Notes under the pieces: model-generated
What the model was told of the DNA's origin: nothing
Database searches by the model: none
What the model saw: the letters and a program-made list of their open reading frames with translations, nothing else
From: Mayamaea pseudoterrestris
Taxonomy: Eukaryota
NCBI GenBank assembly: GCA_027923505.1
Contig: BROI01000002.1
Location: forward strand, 2,108,001-2,172,000
Direction: 5' to 3'
Length of the DNA: 64,000 bases
Shown here: positions 43,388-55,047 of the stretch, one piece after another
Layout: every line of letters starts with the position of its first letter
How positions within the stretch are numbered: the stretch's first letter is position 1
Program-made: the position numbers and the translations under genes

Positions 43388-45280
43388 ATGACGCGACGAC
43401 TTGACGATGATGCTACTCCCTACGACGCTTCCTACTGGCAGAATCGACTGCAGGTGCTCCAGACTCGCATTCGTTTGCCCGACTTGGCCGCCCAACAACC
43501 AGCGTTTGCGAACGTAGTTGCAGCACTGGATGCGAGCCGCAACACTCTCAATGCTGTCACCATTCTTCGCGACAATCTTTCCAAACAACCAAGTATAGAT
43601 GCCAAAATTATGGAGCAGGCCAATGCGGCCGTGGCCAGTGCCACTGAAAGTGTGCAGCAAACGGATGCAGCGGCCATGGCGGTGGCGCAACAAGCGTTGA
43701 AGCGTTTGGAGCAAGAGGGATACTTCGGTTCGTCAAGTTCCGATTTCTTTCTCAATTTGCTAATTTGGACGTGCATCACCATTGCCACTCCTGAATGTCT
43801 AGCTGCCTATTGTTTTGAAAGTGAACCTGACAAGGTGCAAGCTTTGCTCGACTTGTTTCGGGCGCCGCATCGATTGATGGAATTCATGCAGTTTGGTTCT
43901 CCATCGCATAATCGCTTTGGACAAGCTCTTGAAATATATACCATGCTTTGCAGTGCGGCTGCCACGGAATGTAGTGACGACGACAAAGTCTTGCGGCGCC
44001 TCGCGCTGGCTGTCGCCCTCGAGTTGGCGGCGCCGGAGGACAAAATGGTGCTTCATCCGACACGCACCATTGATCCGCTGCAACGCTTCCAGCACTATCA
44101 GCAAGCCTATCTAACAGGCCAATTGGATCCTGATTTTGGCAATTTGACTGTCTGGGAGCTTCGCATGGTCATTGACAGTGACGCGACGGAAGATGAGCTT
44201 GGCTGGGGCCGCGCCAGCGCCAAGAACCATCGACCCGATTTGGTGCTCATGGAAAATGCGCAATGGAAGTACTGTCGCATCGTTCGCACCGACGTTGGCT
44301 ATCGCGATCCAGACTTTTACAAAGAGCCGCGGAGCTACGATCAAATACTGGATGGTGGCGGCAAGTGCGGACCGCGCGCGTGGTATGGAAGGTTCGTCTG
44401 CAAGGCGTTTGGTTGTCCCACGTGGGGCGTGACGCAGCCGGGGCATGCCGCCATGTCGAGATGGACACGAAACGGATGGGTCATTTGTTTGGGCGCGGGA
44501 TTTGACGTGAGCTTTTGGTTGGATCGCTGCGGAAATGACTTTTTGCTCGAGACGAAAGCAAGAAGCGCGATTGGTAATGACGCAAAATACATGACACAAG
44601 TTAATGTCTTGGAATGGGCGGCGCTCTGTGTTGACGAGAAGCCCGGGTTGGATCATTTGCGCAGGACGGGAGAAACGGACGCCAAGTACCTTTGGACCGC
44701 TCTGAGCTTCTATCAGCGTCGAATTTGGGCCGCCAAGGGAACTGTCGCGTCCCATCAAGGTTCTACAGTTTACGACCCTCGCAACCAACTTTGCCAGCTC
44801 AAAGAAGTTTCGTTGGCATCGCAGCAAATTAGTGTAACGTCAAGTGAGCATGGTGACTCCATTGTGATTCCAGCAGAGTCATTCAGCGAACATTCCGGTG
44901 GTGACAGTCTCGTCATGAAGAGCTTTCTTGGTGGGCTCCAATTGTGGCTTGGTCCATCGGCAGAAGTTTCGTATCTCCTTGACAAGTCCATGGTAAATAG
45001 TGTGCCAACTTGCTACAAAGTGACTTTGTACATGAACACGATTCACCGAGGCGAATTGCCGCTAATTTTGACAGTGACCGAATCTGGCAACGAGGACGCT
45101 CCAACGATGGTATACCAGATTCCATTGGGCTACACGATGGGTCTGTGGGAAGCAACAGAGCCAGTGGAAATTGAACTTGGTGGGCCAGATATTGACAGCG
45201 TAGAGCTGTCGTTGGCCCGTCAGACTAATCAGTTTGGCGTTGCAATCAAACGCATCACATTGGTGCCGGTCGAAAAGTAG
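43388..45280 (+). CDS. Transglutaminase-like (Cys-His) domain protein with C-terminal beta-sandwich
   Basis: 630-aa intronless ORF containing GGKCGPRAWYGRFVCKAFGCPT...PGHAA...GW. The last ~150 aa are beta-rich and resemble a carbohydrate-binding module. Confidence 0.7.
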   Translation: MTRRLDDDATPYDASYWQNRLQVLQTRIRLPDLAAQQPAFANVVAALDASRNTLNAVTILRDNLSKQPSIDAKIMEQANAAVASATESVQQTDAAAMAVAQQALKRLEQEGYFGSSSSDFFLNLLIWTCITIATPECLAAYCFESEPDKVQALLDLFRAPHRLMEFMQFGSPSHNRFGQALEIYTMLCSAAATECSDDDKVLRRLALAVALELAAPEDKMVLHPTRTIDPLQRFQHYQQAYLTGQLDPDFGNLTVWELRMVIDSDATEDELGWGRASAKNHRPDLVLMENAQWKYCRIVRTDVGYRDPDFYKEPRSYDQILDGGGKCGPRAWYGRFVCKAFGCPTWGVTQPGHAAMSRWTRNGWVICLGAGFDVSFWLDRCGNDFLLETKARSAIGNDAKYMTQVNVLEWAALCVDEKPGLDHLRRTGETDAKYLWTALSFYQRRIWAAKGTVASHQGSTVYDPRNQLCQLKEVSLASQQISVTSSEHGDSIVIPAESFSEHSGGDSLVMKSFLGGLQLWLGPSAEVSYLLDKSMVNSVPTCYKVTLYMNTIHRGELPLILTVTESGNEDAPTMVYQIPLGYTMGLWEATEPVEIELGGPDIDSVELSLARQTNQFGVAIKRITLVPVEK

Positions 45281-45459
45281 TCGCCGTCATGCTTTGTACT
45301 TTACAGGTACATGAGTAATTAGTGACTCTGCGCAACACTATGATGAGTTTTCGTAATTATGTAAATGTTTTCCTAAACTGCTACAGCATGCTAAGCTAAG
45401 CATACGCTCATGTCCTCCTTCCGCGCAACGTGTTATCGGTAGGCATACCAACCAGCCGC

Positions 45460-47113
45460 TTACGTCTCATCCATGCCATCCTCAACGTACTTCAAGATGT
45501 TCTTCATAAAGCGCTCCACGACGCGAGTTTGGTTGACAACGTCCTTTCGATCCATTTTAGCAATTGGCTTCTCGGACAACTCCGAAAGATTCTCGGTAAA
45601 GCGCTCGAGCATTTCTTGATGATGCTCGAATCGATCGCGCTGCATCGTGATGCCAGTGTCAAAGTAGTATCCAAAAACATAGGTATATTTGAGAACGCGG
45701 CGGCACTCCACCAAAAGCTCATTGGCGGTTCGAAGAAACTCGACATCCGACCACGTTGCATCCTCTGATGATTCTTGCAGCTGCACCATCTTTTGCTCCG
45801 TCTCCTTGAGCTGCTTGCTCGCAAACTTTTCGGCCTCCTGGTGCGCATGGAAGCGTCGGTAAAAGTGTAAATATCGATCAAGCTCCTTCTTGGCCTTGGC
45901 GCTGTCAGATTGGTCGTTTCCACCCTCCTCAGTGCCATCGTCATAGCGAGAGCACTTGTAGTAGCCGCCGGTGTTCGATCCATGGTTCTTCCAATTGCCC
46001 ATGCAAATCCAGCAAAACTCAAATTTACATTTTTGGCACGTCATGTGATTGCATCCCTGATTCTTTTCAATGCGCGAAACACAATTCGGGCAGCTCTTGG
46101 TGTTGGCAATGATCCAATTAGCCGTCTCCGACTCGTTGCGACACTTTTCGTTCCACAAGGCCAAATTCTTGCAATTGACTGGTGCGTGCGGTTCCTCTCC
46201 GCAGAGCAAGCAAAAGGATGTCGTGCAAGCATTGCAAGTCGCAACGTGTCCCTCCGATTCCAAGACAGCCGTCGACATGGCGCAGGCGACGCGGTCACAT
46301 CCTACTCCTGGACACCAGCGCGTCAATACATTGGATTCAACAAAGCTTCGAAGCTGAAACTCCCGATACTTGGCAAGCAAGGGTAGGTCGTTTTCATCAC
46401 CCAATGCCTTGCTCATTTCCTCCTCCGTGACAGCCTCCGTACACTCAGCTTGCGGACAAGTCGCCGACACGCATGACCCCTCATTAATGGCATTGACGCA
46501 AAAATTCTTCCAACAATCCAAACAAAAAGCATGACCGCAGGGCATGGCAAGCTTTACATCCGTCTCGTCGTAGCAAATGGGGCAGGTATCATCCGCGGCA
46601 GCTGCTGCAACCTTTTTGACAGGCGGACCATTGCAGCGATAGTAAACTCCATTTTGCTTCAAAATCTTTTCAGCATCTCCCATGTAATCCTCCAGCAAGG
46701 CTTCCTTGGACCAATTGTACTGCCGCAACAAGACTCCAGCCGCCGACGCTGACACTCCCAAGACTTCGCAAACGTCCGCAATGCGGCGATGCATTTCGGG
46801 CCGCAAATCGTCCGCGCTCATGATGCGAATGCCAGATTTGACCGGAGTCATGCAGGCGGCGGACATGGAGTCTATAAGAAAACGAGGTGATTAACAATAG
46901 AAATTAATGAGCAATGTATTTGCCGTGGAGATTAAAATGCAGCGCATAATTCAATCACAGCAAATAAATTCTCGTACCGTACTTACGCTTGGAGTGCTTG
47001 GTCGGCGCCGCGTTTGGATTCTCTGCCTTCCAGTCCATGTTTGACTCATCGTCAATCTGGTAGCCGTCCTCCTCGGAGGAATAGTCGTACTCGTCGTCAT
47101 CGGCTTCGCTCAT
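45460..47113 (-). CDS. ARI: Ariadne-family RBR E3 ubiquitin ligase, 2 exons
   Basis: Acidic N-terminus in exon 1 (ATG 47113), intron 46872-46986, then RING1, IBR, RING2 (IEKNQGCNHMTC) and the Ariadne domain (ECRRVLKYTY). Confidence 0.95.
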
Positions 47114-47759
47114 GATTGCAGTGGTGGCGTGGTGCGGTAGCGTGGTGCGGAAATATAATATATTGTCAGGTTTATACGCTGCTTGCTTCGGCGCGCGTTT
47201 ATCTCTGTCCCAATAATACCAAAGAGTATTCGCAATCAAGAAAACAAGCAAGAGCTAGTAATAGTTTTGAACAATAGGGAAGCGTGAATTCGATCGAGGG
47301 ATCTTGATGCGGCTTTGTTGTGACGACGACCCCTTCCATGGCGCTCGTGATGCATGTTTGCAGCTGCCGGGTTTCCGCGACGCTGACTCACGGTGCGACA
47401 TTTTTTTCATGAACGTATTTGATGAAGTTGAAGTTGGATGGTTTTGACGCCAGGGGCAATTGCTAGGGCGAAGAGTCTCAACAATCGCCTTTGCAAGGGA
47501 ACTGCTACTCGTATCTTACTCGAGCTGGATGGCGGCCTGAGCTAGCCAAGTTCATTGCTTGCATAGTGTACTGATGCATACTTCCCTTTCGCTCAACTTG
47601 ACGCAGCAACGATGTGCATGATGGCTTACTCGCATCGAGTCATGGGGAGACATCTCGCTACAAATTGGCACATGCCATTGCCCAATGGGTATACTAGCTA
47701 GCGATCTGCGGATCTAGATAAGAAGAGCTCCTAGGTGTACGAATTAAAAAAGTCTTTGC

Positions 47760-48476
47760 CTAGTCATCATCATCGTCGTCTTCGTCATCTTCCTCAATTA
47801 ACTCCTCGTCACTACTTTCCTCCTCAATCGTTTCCGATTCATCCTCACTTTCCCGAAACTCTGCCACGGAACTTTCATCATCACTCATGTCTGATCCTTC
47901 CTCATGCAGAGCACCATTCTCCATCATTTGTTGCTGCTCCCGTAGTTTGGCCAAGTCTGTAATTTTGGAGTGCGTTCTTACTGGAGGTGCTGGTCCACCG
48001 TTTCCGTTATTAAGTCGTCCAGCCAACTGCTGCTGCCTCCAGGCGGCCATTTCCGACATGCCGTCGCCGGTATGTGTGCGCGAGAGTGGTCCTCGAGACG
48101 ATAGTTCGCCCATGCCGCTCATGCGGCGAATGGGAGGTGCCTTTCGACCAGGCGCGGCGGCGGATAGTGTGCGCGACGGCGCCTGTCGACGAGTCGATGA
48201 AGATGATGCGAGAGCGCCTGACAATGTTCGTGGTGGAGCTCTTCGACCGAGGACAGCGGCGGATGCGGCTCGTGGTGGAGCTTGGCGACGAGGAGATCGT
48301 CGTGGACTGTCAATGTCAGTGACAGTGCTGGGTGCAAGTGGATGCAACACGGATGAAGCTTGCGAGGCGGTAGAGGATTGTGATGCGGCATCGTCGACGT
48401 TGCGTGGTGGTCGAATGGGAGGCATTTCATCCGTAGATTTTGACCGAGTCAAGCGACGTATTGGAGGATCTTCCAT
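47760..48476 (-). CDS. Hypothetical disordered protein with RxxS repeats and an acidic tail
   Basis: 238-aa ORF with repeated (R/K)APxRxxS motifs and a poly-D/E C-terminus. Confidence 0.65.
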   Translation of the reverse strand: MEDPPIRRLTRSKSTDEMPPIRPPRNVDDAASQSSTASQASSVLHPLAPSTVTDIDSPRRSPRRQAPPRAASAAVLGRRAPPRTLSGALASSSSTRRQAPSRTLSAAAPGRKAPPIRRMSGMGELSSRGPLSRTHTGDGMSEMAAWRQQQLAGRLNNGNGGPAPPVRTHSKITDLAKLREQQQMMENGALHEEGSDMSDDESSVAEFRESEDESETIEEESSDEELIEEDDEDDDDDD

Positions 48477-48819
48477 ATTGTCAAATGTCCATTTGATTTA
48501 CGTAGTCGTTGTTCATGGATTTGTTTCGGACGTCGCAGATGAAGTTGCCGCTGGTTGGCAAGCAACGCTATTGACAAACGAACGAGGGAAACCTGCTGAT
48601 TCTCGGGTCATTATTCTGAAACCGCTACGACATTTTGGGTCACACATTTACGTCTGGATGTCAACCGGAAATGACGTCACGCAGAGCGACATGCCATGCG
48701 GCACCATGCGGCCATGGAGGATCGCCCGACATTTTTGCCTGCGTTCAAAGCAATCACTGACGTAAAAGACAGCTTTGAAAGTCTTGTAGCTGCTATTAAC
48801 ATTCATAATACTTATAAGA

Positions 48820-51800
48820 ATGGAAGGAAACAGCTCAATCGATGACAATCTACAGCCATCGATGCATGCCACTCCATCCTTGTCGTTGCAAGACACAAAT
48901 GCCTCTATAGCTGCAACCCTGCAAGCTGACTCTGTCCTTGAATCGATTGGCGGCGAGTCTCATTTGGATGGATTCAATCTACTTGGCGTCATTGCCAATC
49001 CTCGCGGACTTTCGTTAACGTCAAGTTTTCACGGACGCTACAATGGCACGTCAGGGACGACGGGTAGTCAGTCACAGTCAGCAGCAGCATCAACTACTGA
49101 AGCGAATGGCATGTTTTCGTCCACCTACCAATCCATTGAATCCACCATTTCGCAAGCAACGGAACAAATGGAGTATATGAATTCTGTGTTGGAAGACTGG
49201 AGTCGACAAATACTGGAAGAGTCTTACTACAATCAGAGCGATTACGATTACCAACCCGAGTCGCAGCTGGAGGAACTGCCGCGTGAGTTACAAAATTTGA
49301 GTCTGACCAGTGTCAATAGCTATTTGCAATCGTCGGGAGATGCGGCAGAGTCCTTTCGAAATCGAACCATGCAGCAGCAGCAATCCATGGATCGAAGTAT
49401 TCGCACCATGAGCAGCAGCAGCGAGCACAGCAACGTTTCGTTGCCGCAGACGGATGACATTCCGTCCGTCTTTTTTCAAATGGACTTTGACTTGACCGAG
49501 CCAGATACGTTTCGGGAGCTACTGCTCATTGATGATGACAACGATGACCAGCAGCAGCATAATGCTTCCATGCCGACCATTTCCTCGTCGGACCTTTCGG
49601 AAGACTCGGGCACCTTTGACGTTCAAGGCAGTTCCATTCACGACTGGTTTCTGCTGCAACCACCGGAAGCCTTTACCAGCTTTCTCGACAAGGTGGAGCT
49701 ATCCTTGCTGCATCAAGTGCGAGCCAAGAGTGGGGCCTTTTTCGAGGAAAGTCTCCGGTTTGCCCAGTTGCAGGAAGGAATTCAAGTACTCATGAAGCAG
49801 GTGGATGATTTGAAGCATACGACGTTGCATCTTCAGCAAGACTTGTTGGAACCAATGGAGATTGTTCCCGTGGCTGATACGCAGCGGACTGACTTGCAGC
49901 GGTTACTACTGATACTTGATCGAGCGAACGAACTGCTACGCTGCAAAAGTAGTATAGGAGGATTCTTGTCAGCGCAGGATGACTCCACTGCGATTGAACA
50001 AATACAATACGCGAGAAGGTTATTGGCGGGTCAAGGTGGTGACGATGGAGATGAAGTCATCGAGTTGCATCGTCTGCAGGCGCTCAAGTCTGTGGAGAGC
50101 CAACTCGATCAGTTCGAGCAGCTAGTCACAACCAATCTGCGAGACGAGTTGGTGGAAATATTTCTCGACTGGAACACCAACTCGAGCAGTGTTCCAAGCA
50201 TGTATAATCTTCACAATGGTGGCTCGCCGAGTAAATCGTCACAGCAACAAGTGCAGCAGCGTGTTCGAGAAATTGTCACGTCGTTGGAAAAATGTAATGG
50301 CTTGCCGCAACTTCGCGCATCGTACGCGAGTCGACTAGAAGATATCATTCGCATGACGGTGCGGACGACGGTGGGTGAATTCGCAGCGGAATCGGATGGG
50401 TCATCGTCAGTTGGAGCGACTGGCATGAGTCTGGAGCGATTCTTGGATTGCTTGGACATGTTATTTGAATCAATATTGACGCTGCTCAACGCTGCTAGCG
50501 GGGTGAATGATTTTTGTATGACCGAAGGCTACATATTTGCTGAGAGTGAAAATAAAAGCAACGACAATGGCAAAACTATCGACACCTCGGCTGTGCCGTC
50601 GGGTCCGATGGTACCTGTACTTGCATCAGCGGCGGAGCTGGCGAGCAAATCCATATCCGAATTAGTGCGCATGAGAAAGGAAGCTCATTCACTCGTGTCT
50701 CTTGACGAGATGAAGAAAATATGGGACAAATGTATGAGCTTTGCAGCACAGACAGAAGCAATTGGTGGACATTCTGCATCAAACCTCCGGAGCACCCTTC
50801 TCGCTCAAGCAAAGGCATTTGTCGAACGTAAGCACGAGAGCAACATGTCCGCACTGGTCGCCGCGCTTGATTCGGAACGATGGACGCAATGGGAAGTCAA
50901 GCACGAGCGACAAATTGCTATTAATCGTTTGTGTCAAGGGCGGTCGGTCATCATGTCGACAGCGGACGAGGAGGCTGCGAGAGAAAATACGAGCAAGAGC
51001 CCACTAGTCGAAGTCGAAGGAAGATCATACAAAGTCGTCTGGTCATGTCTCCTGCTGGTTGAAATGACAATCAACAATATTGCTGCAGCTACTTACTTTC
51101 CTTCACTTTCGTCAAACATAGTTGCCAAAGTTTCGGAGCTTTTGCGCTTGTTCAACTCGCGATCGACCCAGTTGGTGCTCGGCGCCGGAGCGATTCATTC
51201 GGCCGCGAGGTTAAAATCGATTAATGCAAAGCATCTCTCCATGGTTACCCAATGTCTTGGTATGACTATTGCTTTAATTCCCCGCATTCGCTCCGCACTG
51301 ATGACCCACCTTCCGACAAAGCAGCACATGCTACTGACGAGTTTCGACCAGATAAGGAAGGAGTACGCGGATCATAACGAGAAGGTTTTAAACAAGTTTG
51401 TCACGATTATTGGCGGAATTGTAGAGCACGGACTTGCACCGAAGATACCAGGAACTGACTTCGATGCGAAATCGCAACTGAGCAGTGTTAATGCGGATGG
51501 ATCGATACTCTGCTGCGTCTTTTTTGAAGGCGTGTCGACGAATGCTCGCAAAATGCACCAAGTCCTGGCGTCGCTGCTACCTCATGATCATCTACAAGAC
51601 GTCTTTTCCCGCATATTTTCCTTCCTCGATCAGAAGATTCCTTCGCTCTTCATCTCCATGTCCGAAGCGTTAACTTCCGACAAGAATGGCAGTACGCAGC
51701 GAAGCGCTCCCGCATTTAGATTTCCCAATACGGACGGAGGAAAGAAGCAAATGCTTCTTGAGGCTGAAGTCATGACGAAAAATTTGAATGCATTACCTGG

Positions 51801-52509
51801 TGTGTTTCCTTGGGATTTTACTATCGTCTCAGTGCTTGGGAAACATATGATGTACGAGCTGTATTTAAACACATCACTACCCCCTCTGCATAACAAGGGC
51901 GAAGAACAAAATGACGTGACTGGCGTGGAGGTCAATGGGCCTACTCCAGCGAGCGCTGAAGCCGAACCGCTATTGACGGCTGGTTTTTCGCGTGATCAGA
52001 TTGATATAAAAGGAAACGGGCTAGTCATTGCCGAAGACGTGCAAGTGAGCGAGGCGTTATTAGCGACTGGTGACATTTCGCACGATGAACTTGTTGCGAA
52101 GGACGAAGAGCTGGCTAGGCCTGAAGCAGCAGTTGACGACGGTGAACCTCCTGTAATGGAAGCGAGTCTCTCACCGCAAGTTGGGCTAGTCATTGCCGAA
52201 GCCGCGCAAGTGGGCGAGGCATCACCAGCGAATGGTGATATTTCGCACGATGAAGTTGTTACGAAGGACGAGGAGCTGGTTAGGCCTGAAGCAGCAGTTG
52301 TCGACGATAAGCCTTTAGTAATGGAAGTGGGTCTCTCACCGCAAGTTGGACAAGCCATGACTAATAATGATGATGGGGATACCGAATACACTGTAGCAGC
52401 AGTAAACAAGGAAGAACATGCGAATGGAGAAGAATTACTCGTAGGACACGAGAACGGAGCGCCTATATTGCATGCACTACCTGATGTTGCTGAGTCATCG
52501 CCTGAATGA
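48820..52509 (+). CDS. VPS54: GARP complex subunit VPS54
   Basis: IPSVFF..DFDL..PDTF, LDKVELSLLHQV, LDSERW and LLRLFNSRSTQLVLGAGAIHSAARLKSINAKHL. Confidence 0.92.
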   Translation: MEGNSSIDDNLQPSMHATPSLSLQDTNASIAATLQADSVLESIGGESHLDGFNLLGVIANPRGLSLTSSFHGRYNGTSGTTGSQSQSAAASTTEANGMFSSTYQSIESTISQATEQMEYMNSVLEDWSRQILEESYYNQSDYDYQPESQLEELPRELQNLSLTSVNSYLQSSGDAAESFRNRTMQQQQSMDRSIRTMSSSSEHSNVSLPQTDDIPSVFFQMDFDLTEPDTFRELLLIDDDNDDQQQHNASMPTISSSDLSEDSGTFDVQGSSIHDWFLLQPPEAFTSFLDKVELSLLHQVRAKSGAFFEESLRFAQLQEGIQVLMKQVDDLKHTTLHLQQDLLEPMEIVPVADTQRTDLQRLLLILDRANELLRCKSSIGGFLSAQDDSTAIEQIQYARRLLAGQGGDDGDEVIELHRLQALKSVESQLDQFEQLVTTNLRDELVEIFLDWNTNSSSVPSMYNLHNGGSPSKSSQQQVQQRVREIVTSLEKCNGLPQLRASYASRLEDIIRMTVRTTVGEFAAESDGSSSVGATGMSLERFLDCLDMLFESILTLLNAASGVNDFCMTEGYIFAESENKSNDNGKTIDTSAVPSGPMVPVLASAAELASKSISELVRMRKEAHSLVSLDEMKKIWDKCMSFAAQTEAIGGHSASNLRSTLLAQAKAFVERKHESNMSALVAALDSERWTQWEVKHERQIAINRLCQGRSVIMSTADEEAARENTSKSPLVEVEGRSYKVVWSCLLLVEMTINNIAAATYFPSLSSNIVAKVSELLRLFNSRSTQLVLGAGAIHSAARLKSINAKHLSMVTQCLGMTIALIPRIRSALMTHLPTKQHMLLTSFDQIRKEYADHNEKVLNKFVTIIGGIVEHGLAPKIPGTDFDAKSQLSSVNADGSILCCVFFEGVSTNARKMHQVLASLLPHDHLQDVFSRIFSFLDQKIPSLFISMSEALTSDKNGSTQRSAPAFRFPNTDGGKKQMLLEAEVMTKNLNALPGVFPWDFTIVSVLGKHMMYELYLNTSLPPLHNKGEEQNDVTGVEVNGPTPASAEAEPLLTAGFSRDQIDIKGNGLVIAEDVQVSEALLATGDISHDELVAKDEELARPEAAVDDGEPPVMEASLSPQVGLVIAEAAQVGEASPANGDISHDEVVTKDEELVRPEAAVVDDKPLVMEVGLSPQVGQAMTNNDDGDTEYTVAAVNKEEHANGEELLVGHENGAPILHALPDVAESSPE
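52018..52349 (+). repeat. 165-bp (55-aa) tandem duplication in the VPS54 C-terminal tail
   Basis: gggctagtcattgccgaag starts at 52018 and at 52183; both units encode GLVIAE...LSPQV. Confidence 0.92.
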
Positions 52510-52681
52510 GTTCAGCATCGCTGCTACCTGTAAATTGTGTATATATTTGCTAATAATAGATGAACCTTTGATAAAATCATTTTACTTGTTATTAGTTTGG
52601 TTTATTTAGCGTTTATATAGAGAAAATGGGGAAAGCGATGATGTCTTTATCAATCGGTCACCGATGGACGTGTGCAAAGAT

Positions 52682-55047
52682 TTAGACCTCTGCCGTTCGG
52701 TGGACGCTTTGGGCGGTTGAGTAATCAAGCTCTGCCTCCGCAGTACTTGTCGCTAGAGCCTGGTCTTCTTCCAGTAGCTTGCGCTGGGCGTACTTTTCGC
52801 GAGCCAGCTGCGCGGCCTCTGTCTTTTGAAAGTCAATCAGTTGACGCAGAGGCACGCGAATAGTGTCGGTTGCTTCTCGCTTCTCAATGTCCCCACTCTT
52901 CCAATTTTCCTTGAGTTGCTCCATGGCTTGTCGAGCAAGCATCTTTGTTGCTGCATTCGGTACGACATCAGTGTACTCATCCGCTTGGGCAGCTTCTTCG
53001 TCGACAAGCTGCCTGTCAACATCCGCCACCATCTCCGCAGCCAATTTACTGGCTAGCATTGAGCTCTCCAGTTTACCATCCAGGCAGGCGGCGATAGCCG
53101 TGTTGTATGTAATAACATTAGGAAACACCTTTCTCGCTCGCATTCGCTTTATCCATTCGTACGCAAGCTGCGGTTGCTTGACTTCACCGCTCACACATGC
53201 GGCGATAGCGGTTGTGTACGAGACAACTGATGGTTCAATTTTCGACTGGAGCATCCCAATGATGATTCCTTCACAAGCAGCGTAGTTGCCACTTTTTGCC
53301 AGTCGCTTGAGCGCAATGTTGAATGTGATCAGATTGCCGTCTGTGTTATGCGTCTTCTTCATTGCATCAAGCACAAGCAGAGTCAAGTCTTGTTCTCCGC
53401 AAATTTCGCAAGTGTTAATGACAGAGTTGAAGACTGATAGCGGCGGCTTATCTGCCTTGTTGTCCTCCGAAAGCGTTATCCAGTCCATTAGCAAGGCTGT
53501 TGATTTCTTACTTTTCTCCGCCTTGGCACAACAGGTGACCACGTTGCGCCAAATCCAGTTGGACGGCCGGAGCCCTCTCTCCAGCATGAGCTCCAACAAT
53601 CGCACAGCAAGTTTCCATTGAGAACCATCTTCAACAGCTTGTACAATGGCTCGCTTGTGTATACGAGTGCAAGCTCGTTGCGCGTCCGACGAATGAAGTG
53701 CCACCAAAACATCTCCCTTGTCAGGCTCGCAGTCTTGCGCCTTGCTCGCCGCTGTCAATAGGCGAAGACCAAGCGCCGCATTCCCTAGTCGCTCCGCCGC
53801 AATCACGCCGCTGGCAAGAATGGATCGCCCATCCTCCGACGAAGCAATGTCATCAAGGTTGTATCCAGCCGCCTTGGTATACGCTAACAGCGACATTACT
53901 TGATCCGCCTTTTCCGTCGTCGTGACTGGGATGCAGGCATTGGCCACGGCTGCAAACGTGTTTAGCGGCGGTGTTTCGGTACGGTCCGCCACCACGTTGC
54001 GCAGTAGCTCCATGGCATGATCAATCGAACCCTCCTTGGCAAGCGCCGTCACGATCCGTTCGTACGTTTCCAGTTTAATATTAGTCTTGGCCTCCTTTAG
54101 AGCGCCAAGCATGGCCAAGGCTGTATCAAGTCCACCGAAACCTTGATGCGTCGAATCCGTTCCCGTCATGCCAATGGAATTTTGTATGCAGTAGTTACCT
54201 TCCTTTTCGGGAATGGAGTAGCCGGCTTCCACCATTTGCTCCAATATTTTGCGCGCCGGCTCGCTGGCCCGCGCTCCCTGCATGCGGTTCGCCATGCAAG
54301 CCTCCAGCACGAGCAAGTAGACGGACTCGTCAATGGTTGTTTCCTTATAGCGACGCGTCATTTGCTTCAGTTTGCGCGTCGCCGTCTTCCAGTGTTTCTG
54401 GGTGGCACTGGTTTCAATTTCCTCAATGAGATACTTGATTTCGCGGTCAGGTTTGGAATCGTCGGTGAACGTGACTTTCATGTCAGTAAACTGCTCTAGC
54501 TGTTATCAATAATGGAAACAGATTAGCAGGAATGAGTTGTTGGCACTTGTGATGAAACAGGTAATTTCTCCAGCATACACACGCATCATCACGATCAACG
54601 TACCGATATACATTCCTCCTCTCCCTTGGCGCTCACGACGCACTCCAAGTCGTTGCTGCTGCTCAGCATGTGCTGTCGTAATCGTTCGCGCAGCGTCGAA
54701 GTGGTGCCGTCCATGGGCAAGTTTCGCTTGAGCAGCTCGGCGTGCAGCTCCCGAAACCGCAGCTTGGAGATCAAGTCGCGGGTCAATTGCTCGCGCATTG
54801 TGTTGGTGGTGATGTCGTCGTTTTCATCGTTGTTTTCGTCATTTGTTAATGATACTGTAGTTGTTGCTGCTTCGGTCGAGCCAGGTGCTTCAAAGCTCAG
54901 TGCTTCGGAGGAGCTAAAGGTAGCCACCGTGACTCGACGTTTGTTCGAGTGAAGAGCACGGCTAGTTGGAGACCAAGCACTTGATGTCTGCAGAGATTGT
55001 ATCAGCAGCAAGCATGCTAGTTGTTTCCAATTGTTGAGCGGAATCAT
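52682..55047 (-). CDS. Plastid-targeted SAP-domain + PPR protein, 2 exons
   Basis: Signal peptide followed by SSA-W. SAP motif LRFRELHAELLKRNLPMDGTTSTLRERL. Intron 54500-54603 is in frame. PPR motifs include PSVVSYTTAIAAC and PNVITYNTAIAAC. Confidence 0.85.

Noticed and set aside
47887..48765. 292-aa plus-strand ORF
   Set aside because: Antisense shadow of the low-complexity minus-strand gene; the same applies to many other overlapping ORFs in the track.
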